The position numbers and the translations under genes were made by a program. A stretch of DNA of 64,000 nucleotides, from NCBI GenBank assembly GCA_963693365.1, contig CAVNZM010000020.1, forward strand, positions 40,957-104,956, given 5' to 3'. Below the pieces are notes generated by a model. That model was not told the DNA's origin. It made no database searches and was given only the letters and a program-made list of their open reading frames with translations. Shown here piece after piece: positions 1-13,957 of the stretch; within the stretch, counting starts at the first letter, position 1, and each line of letters opens with the position of its first letter. This DNA comes from Amoebidium appalachense. Lineage: Eukaryota > Protista > Ichthyosporea.

Positions 1-21
1 TGACAAATGTTTTTACCCCAG

Positions 22-523
22 GTTTCACAAGAAGAACAATCTTCGTCGACTACTGCATATACCGGCGATGCAGCCCAGACCAGCCGGTAGTGTCGGAGGC
101 ATTCTTTTACCAAACACTGGCGTCCGACCTCAGACTGCAATGCTTTACGTTTCCAAATCGTTCCATAACTAGCGAGTGTGGTGACTGTATGGCTATCCGA
201 GTGCGTGCGAGAAAACGGCTGTCACTGGAGAACCGGTCAACGCTGCAAGAGAAAATGCAGTACCACAGAGAGCAACATAGGTCGGCCCCCCCCCCCCCCT
301 CCCCTCCCCCCCCCCCCTCCTCCCCCCAATCCCCTTCATCCATCCATTTCTTATCACACGCAAACCCCCCCCCCCCCCCCCCCCCCAACACACACACACA
401 CACCACCATTTATCCCTGCTCACAAAAAAAATTCAAGGCTCAGTTAAGGCGTTATTGAAAAATTACATAACTGTAAGTACACACCGATGATCCCTAACCT
501 AATCCCTTCCTCACGTAGCTCTT

Positions 524-568
<45 letters not shown>

Positions 569-1088
569 CCCCCCCCCCCCCCCTCCCACTCACCTCCGCA
601 CCCACCCACCCACCAAAGTCACCCTTAACAAAGAACAACTTCAGAGTTGGGGTTGGGAAGGGTGCTATCTGAATGGTACTGGCTTGAAAACCATGTGGCT
701 CATGCGAATATGCCAGAGAAGTTTGCACTGAAATCCCTGTTTTTGGATACTTGCTTGAAGGCTCGTCGCACCCTAATGCCCATGCAACCACAAACAGTAA
801 GGTGCTGGCGAGTCCACACCCCGTCTCACCGTTTGCGTCTGTCAGCACAGGGCTGCCCGTGCACACTATACCAGTTGCATCCGCAGGGCCCTCATCAACC
901 CTACTGAGGTGATGATGATCGAGTGCGATGCACAAGACAAGAAGAAGGTGGTGGTCCCGTCCCGTGTGTCATCGGACAAGGAAGTGCGCATCCAAGGACT
1001 ACTGGGACCTATCAACATGGGATGCACGCTCTATGGCCGCACTTCTTGTTTCTACATGGATGCAGGTTCCCCCCCCCCCCCCCCCCCC

Positions 1089-1132
<44 letters not shown>

Positions 1133-2006
1133 AAAAAAAACCCCACACACAAAACAAACAAGTACCCATCCCACGCAACCCCACAGACGCTATTGTACAC
1201 GCCGGCTCCACCACTCCAGCATCCAACATTTAAATATCTAGAACAAGTAACACTTGTACAGTGACCGTGATTCATCTCGAGCCATACCCTTGCTTAATAC
1301 CAGCCATTAATATTCAAACCAACACACACACACTATCACACTCACACACAAGCCTACGCAACATATACGCACACACTCATACATGTGATCACGAACAATT
1401 TCGACTACTTCGAATGTTCCAAGTGATAATACTGATATGGAAGATTTTTCTCTGGTATACCCTTTGTTCATTTTACCTTTGCAACTTATTCTTATTCTAC
1501 CCCACCCTTTCTTTTTATAATTATATATTTATTTATTTATTTATTTTCAGGCCGGGGGGGGAGGGGAGGGAGGAGGGGGAGGGAGGGAGGGGAAGAGGGG
1601 GGGGGGGGGAGGGGGTTTGGGAGGGGGGGGGTGAGGGGATAAGTGTGTGTGTGGGGGGGGGAGTGGGGGTGGAGAATGGTAGAATGAGGGGGAGGAGGGA
1701 GGGATATTGTCCTTCAAGGTTGCTAGGCACCACGTTTAACTACGATGCCCATCCCACACAGGCCTCTACGGAAAGGGTGCAAATTGTGCAATCAATGCAC
1801 TGGCAGAGACCCTGTTCTACGACCGGGACAATATCAAGTTGGACGGGACAGGCACCCTCATATGCTCCCACGACAACTCAGCCGGCGAAAGTAAGAACCA
1901 ATACGTTTACTGCTTTCTGGCATATATGGTCGAACGCGGGTTGTTCAAAAAGATCATCGTGTGCAACATGATTGTCGGGCATACACACGGCCTACAGGTC
2001 CTCCCC

Positions 2007-2057
<51 letters not shown>

Positions 2058-2576
2058 CCTCTATCAAGCACTCCCTACCCTCCCACCCTTCTTCTGATAC
2101 ACACTGTAACCACATGTTCAGGAAATGATTAACGAAGTAAAGGTTACATGATGCAAAACGTAAACCTTTATGGATTCTTTGTAGTACTTACACATTAGCC
2201 AACATAATGTTAATTTACGCCCCTCCCGTCTCCCCCCCATCCCCTACTCCCCCCCCCCCCCCCCCCCCCCCCCCCCCACATACACACACATACACCCCTC
2301 TCCCCATCACAGGACCAGAAGTTTTCCGTGTTCTGGCGACTTCTTCTGAGACAGCATATTGCTACATGGGACCAGCTGTTGGAAATAGCCCGAGTGTGCA
2401 TCGAACAGACAGCAAATGGAGAGAAGCACCGCGTGCATGTGGTTACGGACATGTGGGACTTCAAGTCGTTTTTTACGCCATACATGTACGGGCTACACCA
2501 ACTCACGCAGTGTCATGCGTTCGAGATTGCCCACCACCATCACCCGGAATTCAATGCCCAGCGTGTAGGACCCCCC

Positions 2577-2626
<50 letters not shown>

Positions 2627-3057
2627 CAAAAAAAAAAAAAAAGGATTTAAGTGTTCGTTTTTACGGCCAACAGGATATCAGCATTTTTGGGGAATGAAAG
2701 AATAAATTGAAAAGAAAAACTAATTTCCAAAAAAAAATTTAAAATAAAAAAATAAAAAAAAAACATATCCAGCCACCACCAAACAACCCACCGTCCCACC
2801 AACCGACCCACCCAGCCCACCCAGAAACACACCCGAAATTGAGATACCTACACGCGAGACGTACTTGCACATGGACGTTATGTACTGTAACAGACAAAGT
2901 ATGTCTTTACGGCCCACATGATATCGGCAGACCCCCTTCCCTTTCTTGAATATCTAAGTTGTTTTGGGGTTGGCTGAAACCGAACTCGCCCATAACGTTT
3001 AAGGCCAAACAGCCACACAAATGTTCCCACAGTTCGTAGTCACTATGTCTGACTTCT

Positions 3058-3092
<35 letters not shown>

Positions 3093-3621
3093 ACCACCAC
3101 CACCACCACCACCACCACCACACACACACACACACTCCTCCCAACACAACCCCACAACCCCCTCCCCCCCTCCCCAAAGACACACCCCCCCCCCCCCCCC
3201 CCCCCCCCCCTTCTCCTCCCGAAAAAAAAAATCCCAGGTAGGAATCCGGTGGAAGAGATATTGCACTGACCCGGAGTGGTCTCCCATGGATGATATTATG
3301 TGGGCTTTCAAGGAGGTCATTCCAGCCGACGCCCGCCCACCTCGGCTTCATATTCGATTCGAGGACGGTACAGCTGCAAAACAGACACAGCCCGTCTCCC
3401 AATGGCGGGAACAGCTCAACCCAGAGAACATGGGAGGTGTTGGAAAAGATCTTTCCCCTGAGCAACGAGAATGGTATCTGCGGTTTGCAGAGGCCGTCGA
3501 GAATGAGCGCCCTCCTCCGGGATTTGAATACAAGGAAGAGGTAGACCCTCTAACAAGAACCCTAGAATTCATACACCGAAAGAGAGAGTTGGCCCAGGCT
3601 GGAGGTGCAGAACCAGAACAG

Positions 3622-3662
<41 letters not shown>

Positions 3663-4275
3663 TACACACAACACACACACGTAGACACAAACACACACTC
3701 ACACACATTTGCAAATAGTTAGGAACACTATCGAACAAATGAACTCTATTGAAGGACATGATTTGCATAACTTGTGTAAGGCCAATACCGTCCTAGAACC
3801 GGCAACCCCCCCCCCCCCCCCGTCTCTCTCTCTCTCTCTCCCCCCCCCCCCCTCCCTCCTTCAAACACACAAACACCCTCATACACACAACGTGACCCAC
3901 CCAGCCCTGGTGTGCGCTGTTAGGTACGGTTGCACAATGACATGGTCAATTTTATAGAAGTTTGCATGACGCGCATTTCCCCTTGAACAACTAACCAATA
4001 CATACCGAACAGGTGGCTGTCGAACCGGAGCCGATTGAGGATCCGCTGCCCAGCTTGCGGCAGGACAAGCCCTTCAAAGCACCATACTCAGGGGCGTACC
4101 GGGACCCTGGGAAACGAGCACGCTTGGCAGAGTGGAAGAATCCAAGCCCGTACTCAAACGCCAAGAAGGGTGAAATTGTTCTCATAATTGTCAACCCCAC
4201 CGACAGCTACAACCCCGAGGCCATCCCCGAACCGGCGAAGGTTCTCCCCCCCTCCCCCCCTCCCCTTCCCCCCCC

Positions 4276-4306
<31 letters not shown>

Positions 4307-5279
4307 ACAACCCCCCCACCCTCCCCCCCCCCCTCCCCCTCTTTCTCCCCCCTCCCCCCTTCCTCCTGCATTTCTCAAACCCCCCCCCCCCCCCCCCACA
4401 CCCCCCCCCACCCTTCCCCCCTCCCCCCCCCCCCCCCCACACCCTTCCCCCCTCCCCCGCCCCCACCCTTCCCCCCCCCCCCCCCCCCCACCGTGACCCG
4501 CCAATATCCACTTTAAACCCCTATACCCTCATACACACACCGTACCCGTCCCTACTTCCATTCTCCCACTCTCTTCCCCTTGTATCCTTCGAGATCACTT
4601 CCTTCAACATGATTGCTTCAGCATGATTGAAAATAATGTTGAAGCAGAATCCGGTTACATATCGGCTGTTACTGTATACTTTACTATGGTAACTGCTGTG
4701 GATTTCTGTTCCATAATTAGATGTCAAGACTGCATCGACTTTAGTACTAAGTTTTTTAAAAAAATGAAATGCCATTTTTTTAAACCCCCCCCCCCCCCCC
4801 TCCCCTCCCCTCCCCTCCCCTCCCTCCCCTCCCTCCCGGAGTTCAATATTGTCATCCCCAGGCTGAAAGAACCTATATCTTATAACTGTTTTAATCTTAT
4901 TAATCAAAACCCTCCCCCCCCCCCCACTCCCCCCCCCCCCCCCCCCCCCCCCCCATCCTCCCTGAAAAAAAAAAAAAAAAAAAAAAACCATTACACATAT
5001 ACACACACCCACACACGATAAACAGATTCTGAATGTCCACAAGGACGGCACGATCGAGGTGCTGTGGTATTTGACCGAAGGCCACCTTAACCTCGACTCA
5101 AAATTCTTTCTCCCAACAAAAGACAAGAAGGATCACACTCAGATCATCGAGCTGCCGATGGTGGTTGGGACGGGCAATTTGTTCAGAAAGGATATGTCAT
5201 ACAACAAGACGGCATTAGACATCATCGACTCTGTCATGAAAAGGGCAAAAGGTTGATTGATACCCCCTCCCCCCCCCCC

Positions 5280-5310
<31 letters not shown>

Positions 5311-5591
5311 ACCACCACCACCACCACCACCACCCCCACCCCCCACCCCCCCCCCTTCTCCACCCCCTTCCCCCCTCAACTCTCTCCTCAACCCTCACCA
5401 CCCCTAGGCATACATGCACTTAAAATTATGCCCGCCGGCACGAGTCACAAGTCTCACAAACACCTTCACGGTGTCTTCTCCATATCGTCATTCAATAGAC
5501 CCGTAAACTTTGCTGGACTTTGTTATGGCCCAAAAACATGGAAACACACCCTAGAATCCTGTACCTCGTTTACTTGTATGTTGTGTCTGTA

Positions 5592-5635
<44 letters not shown>

Positions 5636-5784
5636 AAAAAAAAAAAAACATACCCACATCCCATCCCACCACCCACCAATGTGTTTCTTTCAGCGACAAT
5701 CTGTGTCTCCTACAAATAGTCTACCCCATTAGCAAACCCTTCATGCTATCTCATAATATGTCAAACAGTTCCTCACGGCCAAAT

Positions 5785-5815
<31 letters not shown>

Positions 5816-5961
5816 ACCACGCACACCCCCACACACCCCCACACACCCCCACACACACGCACATGCGCAAAAACACTATACCGTATAGGTGCACCAGCCG
5901 TAGACGAATCCCCTGAGGAGCAGGATGGTGCAGACTCACCCGATTCAGGTGAGGACCACCC

Positions 5962-5995
<34 letters not shown>

Positions 5996-6616
5996 CCCAA
6001 AATAAAATAAAATAATAAAAAAATTAAATAAATAAATAAATAAAAAAGGAGAAACCCATAACCCTATAATCCTGTTCCTGACATTCTTGCTTCTTGATCT
6101 TGCAAAATGGTAAAATGAACACGATTGAAGGACAGGATTAGTGTAACTTGCTTAGGCCAATACCATCCCCGAACTGACAACCCCCCCCCCCCCCCCCCCC
6201 TCCCCCTAAAAAAAACACACAAAACCCCTCATACACAAACCGTGGCCTACCCTGCCCTGATGATTGATTGTGTGTGCTGTTAGGCCAGGTACTGTTGCAG
6301 AATGGCATGGTCAATGTTTTAGATCTTTGCATGACGTGCGTTTCCGCTTCGAAAACTACCCAGTACATACCAACACCCACCCACCAACTCTATCCTTCAT
6401 TATGTCTCTTTCTCAGGCTGAGCAACAAAATACCTCTCTTACAATAGTCTACCCCATTGGCAAATCGGTCATGCTATCTCATAATATGTCAAACGTTTCC
6501 TCACCACGACCCCCCCCCCCCCCCCCCATCCCCCCCCCCCCCCCAAAAAAAAAAATAAAAATAAAAAGAAAAAAAGAAAAAATAAAACCCTCCCCCCCCC
6601 CCCCCCCCTCACACAT

Positions 6617-6652
<36 letters not shown>

Positions 6653-6887
6653 TTGCACAAAAACAATATACGGTACAGATGCACAGGCCGCAGACGAATT
6701 CACTGAGGAGCCGGTTGATGCAGACCCACTCAACTCAAGTGAGGACGATGAATATTACAGTGAGGATGCTGATGACAGCGACCACAGTGAGGAAGAGGGA
6801 ATTGACCAAGAGGAGGAAGAAGAGGAAGAGGATATTGCCCAAGAACTCCTCGATTTTATCGGTCACCACAACAACGAAGGTATTTAA
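22..6887 (+). CDS. Spliced Sola-type/DUF7869-like DDD transposase (5' part outside window) with C-terminal SH3/BAH/Tudor-like segment and acidic tail
   Basis: GT-AG exons read by eye: 22-280, 851-1065, 1762-1997, 2313-~2563 (3' end uncertain), 3238-3621, 4013-4240, 5026-~5251, probably 5889-5948 and 6679-6887. Joined motifs: SECGDC..H (Zn), IECDAQD, GKGANCAINAL, SHDNSAGESKN, MIVGHTHGLQDQKFS, VGIRWKRY. Could instead stop at 5256. Confidence 0.8.
3740..6375 (+). repeat. Diverged ~270-bp duplication: 3740-4012 (intron) vs 6115-6375; also 5700-5950 vs 6430-6750
   Basis: Shared blocks ATTGAAGGACA, GGCCAATACC, CATGGTCAAT, TTTGCATGACG; and AATAGTCTACCCCATT..CATGCTATCTCATAATATGTCAAAC. Confidence 0.75.
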
Positions 6888-6956
6888 TCTATTACCCAAT
6901 TCTGAATGATATTCCCATATTTTCCAACACATGAACACGCACATGCACATGCACAA

Positions 6957-7076
<120 letters not shown>

Positions 7077-7148
7077 AACCAGCACACGGCCAATGACATG
7101 CACGGGAGCTCCCCCCCCCCCCCCCCCCCCCACATGGCATCCCCCCCC

Positions 7149-7179
<31 letters not shown>

Positions 7180-7743
7180 ACACCAGACCACCACAACCAC
7201 CACAACCACCACAACCACCATCACCTCCACATTTCCTATGGGTATGGGCAGAAAAACGACAATGGTGATAAAATATTCGATTTGAAAGAAGTTACAAACT
7301 CCTTCTGAGGCTTCCCCACCCACACCAACAAAATCATTTCGAATCATTATCTGAGCATTGGCTCTGAACTCGGACTGACATTCACAATCCAGACATCAAC
7401 AGCGCAGAGAGCAATAGCAACAACGACAACATCAAGAACCCCGGCAGTGTGGCCAGCAAATCAGATGGTGACACCAACAGTCTCCAAAACGACGTGTCAA
7501 GTGATTTAGAAAACGAACCGCTCGTGATGTCAAAGACGGGTACGTATCTCGACTGGCATTATTCCATAGCATGTTTCCATAGCCTGTTTGTGGTGATGCT
7601 AAACGGGCTTTTGGGAGACAAATGTCTATGCCATTTTCTGTGCAGTGTATGTGCATTTGCATGTCCGAGTGAAATAGGGAGATTCGGAGATAGGGAGGTA
7701 GGGCTAAGAGGGAGAGAGAGAGACGGGGGAGGGGGGGGGGGGG

Positions 7744-7816
<73 letters not shown>

Positions 7817-7860
7817 AGAGAGCGACAGCGAGTGAGAGGGGGAGAAGAGATGATGATAGA

Positions 7861-7905
<45 letters not shown>

Positions 7906-8628
7906 AGAGAGCGACAGCGAGTGAGAGGGGGAGACAGCAAGAGAGAGAGTGACAGAGAGAAAGCTTGTGTGAGTGTGTGTGTGAAATTCATGAAGCACGT
8001 ATGCAGGAATTTTTGAGGGTTGGTTGTAACTAAAGTTGTATCGTTACCCATCAGGACAAACACACAAGCGCCGAGCATCTACGGAGGTGCCAGTCCCCGC
8101 AAAACGACCAAGGGTACCCATATACAGCATCAAGAAAAAAATACCATCCTTCGGAAACCCTCGCAAGGGATAGTAATATTCTGTATGGTGTCTGTTATAA
8201 CTCGAATGACCGTCAATAGACCTTCACACGAATGCGTATGGTATTGCTATCCTTGGAATGAAATCGTAATTGCCATACTTCGTTATGGCAAACTGCCTCC
8301 ACGGTGTAGATATGTTGACTTACGACAAAGAGTCCTGGCCTCTCCATTGTGTTAAACGACCTTATGAATGAGAGATTCTTCTTGTTATGAATATATTTCG
8401 GCAAATTTTATTTTTGCTTGTAGGAACGGACACCCTGGAAATTTCGTAGTATGTCTTAATTAAATGTTGGAGTACTCGTGTGTGTGTTGTGTTGTCTGTT
8501 TGCTTTCGATGAATTCAAACGGTCCCAGTGTACTTCATATACAAAATCACACCGTACTTTCAAAGTCTGGTCGATATTTTGAGCATTTACAATATGTGGT
8601 TGATTAGTATGTTCTGCTCTAGGAAATG

Positions 8629-8792
8629 GACTCTCAGAATCCATGAAGTCTGTTTTTCTTTCTTCTTATGAGTGCGTTACGATGGTGTCTGCAGGGAGAA
8701 GTAGACTCTCAGAGTCCAGGGAATGTGTTTTACCTTCTTCATATGAGTGCATTTTGAAGGTGTCTTGCAGGGGGGATTAGACTCTCAGAGTC
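8629..8792. repeat. ~75-bp tandem repeat (2.3 copies) anchored on palindrome GACTCTCAGAGTC
   Basis: Motif at 8629 (1 mismatch), 8704, 8780 with similar intervening sequence. Confidence 0.75.
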
Positions 8793-9335
8793 CCCTGACC
8801 ATGATTTTATATTCCATAGACGTTCGTTCTGAGTCCGTTATCCATTTCTCTTCTGCTTGTCCCAATCTCCAGACACATGTTTTCCCTTCTTATTTTCAGG
8901 TGTTGGTTCGTGAAATTTGGCACACCCTGGTAACCCTATAAGCACAAATAGGCGCGCGGCAAGCATGTAAGCATGTGTTAGCTCATGTATGATCTATCGA
9001 AAATGGTAAACCACAGGCCTGTCTGCCGATTTTGCTTGTATCTAAGCCGGCTAGAATAATTCTCCGGTTCCCTGTGTACATATATGAAATCGGTCCATTT
9101 AATAAGATTGGAAGGCAGGTCGGCAGTGCCGGCAGGGTTTTGGTTTAAACCTGAGATGAGCTATAATGACGGCGTTCGACTGGTGTTTCCTTCCCTTCCC
9201 TTCCCTTTGCATCTTGCCTCCGTGTTTGCCGATTGCCTTTTGACATCAGTAAATCATTCCCATTTCATGGGAAGTTGCACCTACCGGTCCTAGCATTTTA
9301 CTATACAGACAACTATATATATAGGCTGTTGTGGA

Positions 9336-9870
9336 TTACCCAACATTGTAAAGTTTACAATTTCTCCCATTATGTGTTTCTACCCTCTTTTCAACCATAT
9401 GGGAGAACATAACACCAACAGAATTAACCGGAACACCAAGATATTTGTATTCTGGAACTATAGGTACATTTTTGGATGATAATGTAAATGTGTGTAAATT
9501 GTTGGCTATATCAGGTACAAGAACACCACATTTGTCTATGTTAAGGATCATAAGGTTTGCCTTGCACCACTCTGACACTTCATCGAACAATCTTTGCAGG
9601 CATCTAGGGGTACGGGCAAGGAGGGACAGATCATCAGCATAGAGAAGTGCAGGCGGAAAGTTATTAATAGGGTCATCGTTTTCGGCATAAATCTTGACAG
9701 CCAAATCATCTATAAATAGGTTAAACAAAAAGGGGCTAAGCAATGAACCCTGCAAGAGACCTCTAGTACGAGAAAAACCATATGAAAGGTGCCCATTAAC
9801 CACAGCTCTACCATAGGTTTGAGACAAGAGTGCTTCTAACAAAACACCAATGCAGTGTGGTACACCCCGT
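9336..9870 (-). pseudogene. Non-LTR (LINE) reverse transcriptase fragment
   Basis: RGLLQGSLLSPFLFNLFIDDL, LLYADDL, LNIDKC, YKYLGV motifs; truncated at both ends. Confidence 0.9.
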
Positions 9871-10560
9871 TGTAAACATCCGTACACGCCGTACATGTTT
9901 ACTATTACGAATATACTGTACATATCATAGCGATCACGTAGATATTGTTGTTGTATAATATGATCGTGTGTCTGTGACAAACAATATGTTTATAAATGAA
10001 CGGGGTTGACTAGACCACGCTTTGCTTAGTTACGTGCTAGTCCTACTTACACCTAGTAAGCCGAGCACACTGAGTGAGCTCTGAAGCCCCCGACATGCCC
10101 TTATATCGGAGCTCGCACAGCGGCTCAGACATGCGCATCGGTATGTGCTTTTTTTGGCTACGAGAGCCAATCACATACGGTTCACGGTTCTGTCCCATGG
10201 CTATCACGGTTCCAGTAAACCTAGTGACCCAATCGGGTGACAGTACTTAATTATCGATGCATTCCACAGTCATACCTCACGGCTACTTGCATATTTTCCC
10301 ATGATAAAACTATAACTTAACGCTCATGGTTCCTCTACTACGTGTCGGTCCCATGTGGCTATTATATCTGTTTTCCCATGAATAATCCTGCAAGTTGCAC
10401 GTGCACATATGTTTAACTCCATGCTCATGCGCACAAGACTGGGGGGGACATGCATACTGGCCTACCTAAGATCAAACACAGTGGTATATATACATGTACA
10501 CGTGCGCGTATATCTCAACCTGTGTACATCCATACTAGATATCCGGTATAATATACCGCA
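9856..10560 (-). repeat. Probable 3' LTR of the chromovirus Gypsy element
   Basis: On the minus strand PPT-like GGTGGGGCG (10569-10561) is followed by TGCGGTA; far end TACCACA at 9856. The left boundary could instead be ~9871. Confidence 0.55.
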
Positions 10561-10600
10561 CGCCCCACCGTAAAAAGAAGTATGTCGTCCTCGACATACG

Positions 10601-13600
10601 TCACCATGCTCCACACAATGAGTCAATGTATCCGTAAAACGATGCAAGGTCACCTCTGCGTTGGTGGAACTCTCGGATCTTGTCCGGGCAGGCTAAGTCT
10701 TTCTCACACTCCCAAGAGGTGAATGATTCATCTTTGCCTGCCCACTTGATCTGGTACCACTTGTAAGGGGTGGATTGCTTGCGCCGTTTCTGAATTCTTA
10801 CGTCAAGCACCTTTTCCACCACCCACTCGTCCGGCAGAACCTTGTTGAAATTGTGACTATCGCCCGTGTCCGGGAGGTGAGAGAGATCTTGAGGCCGAAT
10901 TCTATTTTGCTCACTCAATTCAAGCTGAATATCGTCCACGTGCCACTTAGATTTCTTCGTAGTTGCTAAGCTTCGGATCTCGTACGTGACCGGGCCGACC
11001 CTTTTGACGATTTCGTAACCCGTAATCCACCGTACATCCCAGGCACCGATATTTTTGGCTTGATTCCGAACACGAATCCGTGCACCCTTCTTAAATTCAC
11101 GAGCCACCGAGGGGCCTGGGGGCTCTCGTACGGCACGTTGCTGGACCACAGCACGGAGCAGAGGCAGACGGGCTAGTAACTCTCGCCGGTATGCCTTCCA
11201 CTCTGGGTCCTTGAGTGCCGGGTGGTTACTGTTAAGAAGGGCAACGTCAGGGAATTGTGTTGCTTCTTGCCCATACACAAGATAATACGGTGTACATTGC
11301 AAAATTTTGTGTGTTGTTGTGTTGTATGCATGTGTAACCACCGGCAACAGAGTGTCCCAATTAGTGTGCTCATAATTAACGTACTTTGAGAGTGCATTAT
11401 TAATAAATCTATGAGACCGTTCATTGGAACCGTTGCTTTGTGGGTGATATGCAGAGGTGCTCACTTGTGCAATATTTGCTATACGGCAAATCTCAATAAT
11501 TAGCTCATTGAGAAATTCTGATCCTTGATCACTCAAGAGTGTACGAGGGGGGCCGTGTATATAGCAAATTACATTCATGAGTGCATGTGCAACATTAACG
11601 GCATGCTTAGATTGGATGCCATTGGGCACAGTGATTAAATACTTCGTTGCCATATCCATAAACACACAAATGAATGTATTACCATTTTTCGTTTCTGTGA
11701 ACGGACCCATAAGGTCAACAGAAACACGAGAGAACATTTTCAAATTTTCGTATCTCTGTTCAAATGGCCTACTTCTCAAGTGTGGGTTATCGTTACGGCC
11801 TTGGCACTGTGTGCAGGCATTCACATAAGCAGTGATATCTTTGTGCATGCGTGGCCAATAATAATTGTATAATCTTTCGTAAGTTCGTTCAATGCCAGTA
11901 TGAGCCCCCCCGTCGTGCACACTTCTTAATAAATCAGCACGAAGGATTTTGGGCACATACAGGCAACGACGACCATCCTTAGCCACATGATAAAGCACGT
12001 CATCCTCTATCACACACATTTGTGCTATTTTCTTAACCTTTTTGTATCCGAAATACTCAAGATTAAGACCGTGTGCAGCTCGTTCCCCCCTGCCTGCCAT
12101 TCCCGTTTGGCCTCGGCATCGAGGGAGGCAAGCCACCGGAGCCACGTGATTATATCCTTACACATTTTGTCCCCCCCCTGTGCAATCATAATTGCTTCCT
12201 TCTGATAGCCGGCACCACCGAGTGCAGAAAGGGAGGGCAGGCCGGCTTGACTGAGTGCAGAAATTTGTGCACATTTCAAGCGGTCTGGATCGAAAATGTG
12301 TGTGAATTCGAGTGCATCACCCCAATCAACAAACACTTCGGCTGGGTTCGAGCTAAGCTCGGATAAATCTGCTGTGAGAACCTCTTGTAATTTCTTTTTC
12401 ACATCCCACTTTTCCAGTGGTATGTTTTCGTTCTCATGCAGAATATATCCTATACGGCTTAACCCATCAGCATCGTGCATGGTAGGGCCAGGACGGTAGT
12501 ATAGATCGAAATCATACTCCTGCATTTCCAAAGCCCACCGTTGCATTCGTTCGTTTGCTATCCGTTTGACACCTTTAAGAGAAAGACCGGGCTTATGGTC
12601 ACTTTCCACAATAGTATTCGCTCGACCATACACGTACACCCTAAACTCTTTCAGGGCCCAATAGATTGCATGCGTTTCTCGTTCGATGTTGCTCCACCTA
12701 CGTTCGGTAGGTTGAAACATCCGGGAGGCATATGCCACCGTGCGGAACTTGCCATCTTTTTGTTTTTGATACAGGCAAGCCCCTTCCGAGAACCGACTAG
12801 CATCACAACAAATAAGAAACTGACCCCCCGTGGGGGACAGATCGGGCAGGGCAAGCACTTCCTCCGATAACGCCGATTTTAAATCTTTAAACGAGCGGTC
12901 TAATTCGTCCGTCCATTTTAACCGTCGGTGTTTTTCTCCGTAACACTCGGCATTCATGGGTCGGGCTCGCTCTGCATAATTTAAAATGTGACGGCGGAGA
13001 TAGGAAGTAATACCCAGAAAACCCCGGAGTTGGTGTAGTGTGTTTGGTACCGGCCAATCTTTCACTGCCTGAACCTTTTTCGGGTCGGGCCGAATGCCAT
13101 TCACACCTACAATCCAACCCAAAAACGGTATTTCCGTAAGCCCAATGTATGTCTTTGCCCCATCGAGCTTAACACCATATTTCCCGAGACGGGTGAAAAG
13201 TCGGTCAAGCTTCTGTATTAATTCTTTTTCGGTGTGTGCACCCACAGCTAAATCATCGGCATATACCACCACGTCATCGGCCAGAGGGGCCAAAATCTGT
13301 GTCATGATAGATGCTAGCTGGGACGGGGAAGTACTGAGCCCCTGTGGTGCCACACAATAACGATACTGCACACCAGCCACAGAAAATCCTGTTTTTTCAC
13401 GTGACTCGGCGTCTAGCAGTATTTGGTAAAAGGCACCCGACATATCAGCTTTACAGAAATACTTATACCCAGCCAACTTCTCTATTTGTTGTTGCAAGTT
13501 GGGCATGGGCCAGGCAGATTTTCGAATTTGCTTGTTAAGAGCACGAAAATCAGTCAGCAGACGGTATTTCCCGTTTGGTTTTCGTATTACGAATGTGGGT

Positions 13601-13956
13601 GAATTATACTGACTGTGTGCTTGTTCCACCTGCCCTCTACGACACATATCCTCCGCGATCTCCTTTGCAGCCTGCTCTTTCACTTGTTCCAACCTCCACT
13701 GTTTTAATCGAATCGGTGGGTTATCTCCCGTGTCTATGTGCATGGTGAATCCTTTAATCTGAGGAAATTCGTCGGGGTCCGTCGTGTTGAAGCAACGAGA
13801 GTGTGCTTCTAATAGTTTCTTGACATCCGGAAGCATACTCTGAGGCACCCTATTCCAATCAAAACCGTGGGGAGCCTGGCCGGCATCGTGTGCACCCCCA
13901 CCCGAAATTTCCGAAATTTTTCGCGGGGGGGTTTTTTCATGATCAACGGCAGACAT
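10601..13956 (-). mobile_element. Ty3/Gypsy chromovirus pol: RT, RNase H, integrase, chromodomain; frameshifted, gag/protease missing
   Basis: YADDL, CDAS, DHKP in ORF 12025-13956; H-H-C-C Zn motif, VDLMGP, SDQGSEF, ERSH, and chromodomain EWVVEKVLD..YQIKWAG..SWE in ORF 10601-12145. Confidence 0.93.
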
Positions 13957-13957
13957 T

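Noticed and set aside
10437-10455. GGGGGGGACATG as a PPT/LTR start on the plus strand
   Set aside because: Wrong strand for the adjacent Gypsy element; it lies within the inferred LTR
12025-12180. Programmed frameshift between RNase H and integrase
   Set aside because: Not a known site for recoding and close to a C8 run; more likely a mutation or sequencing indel
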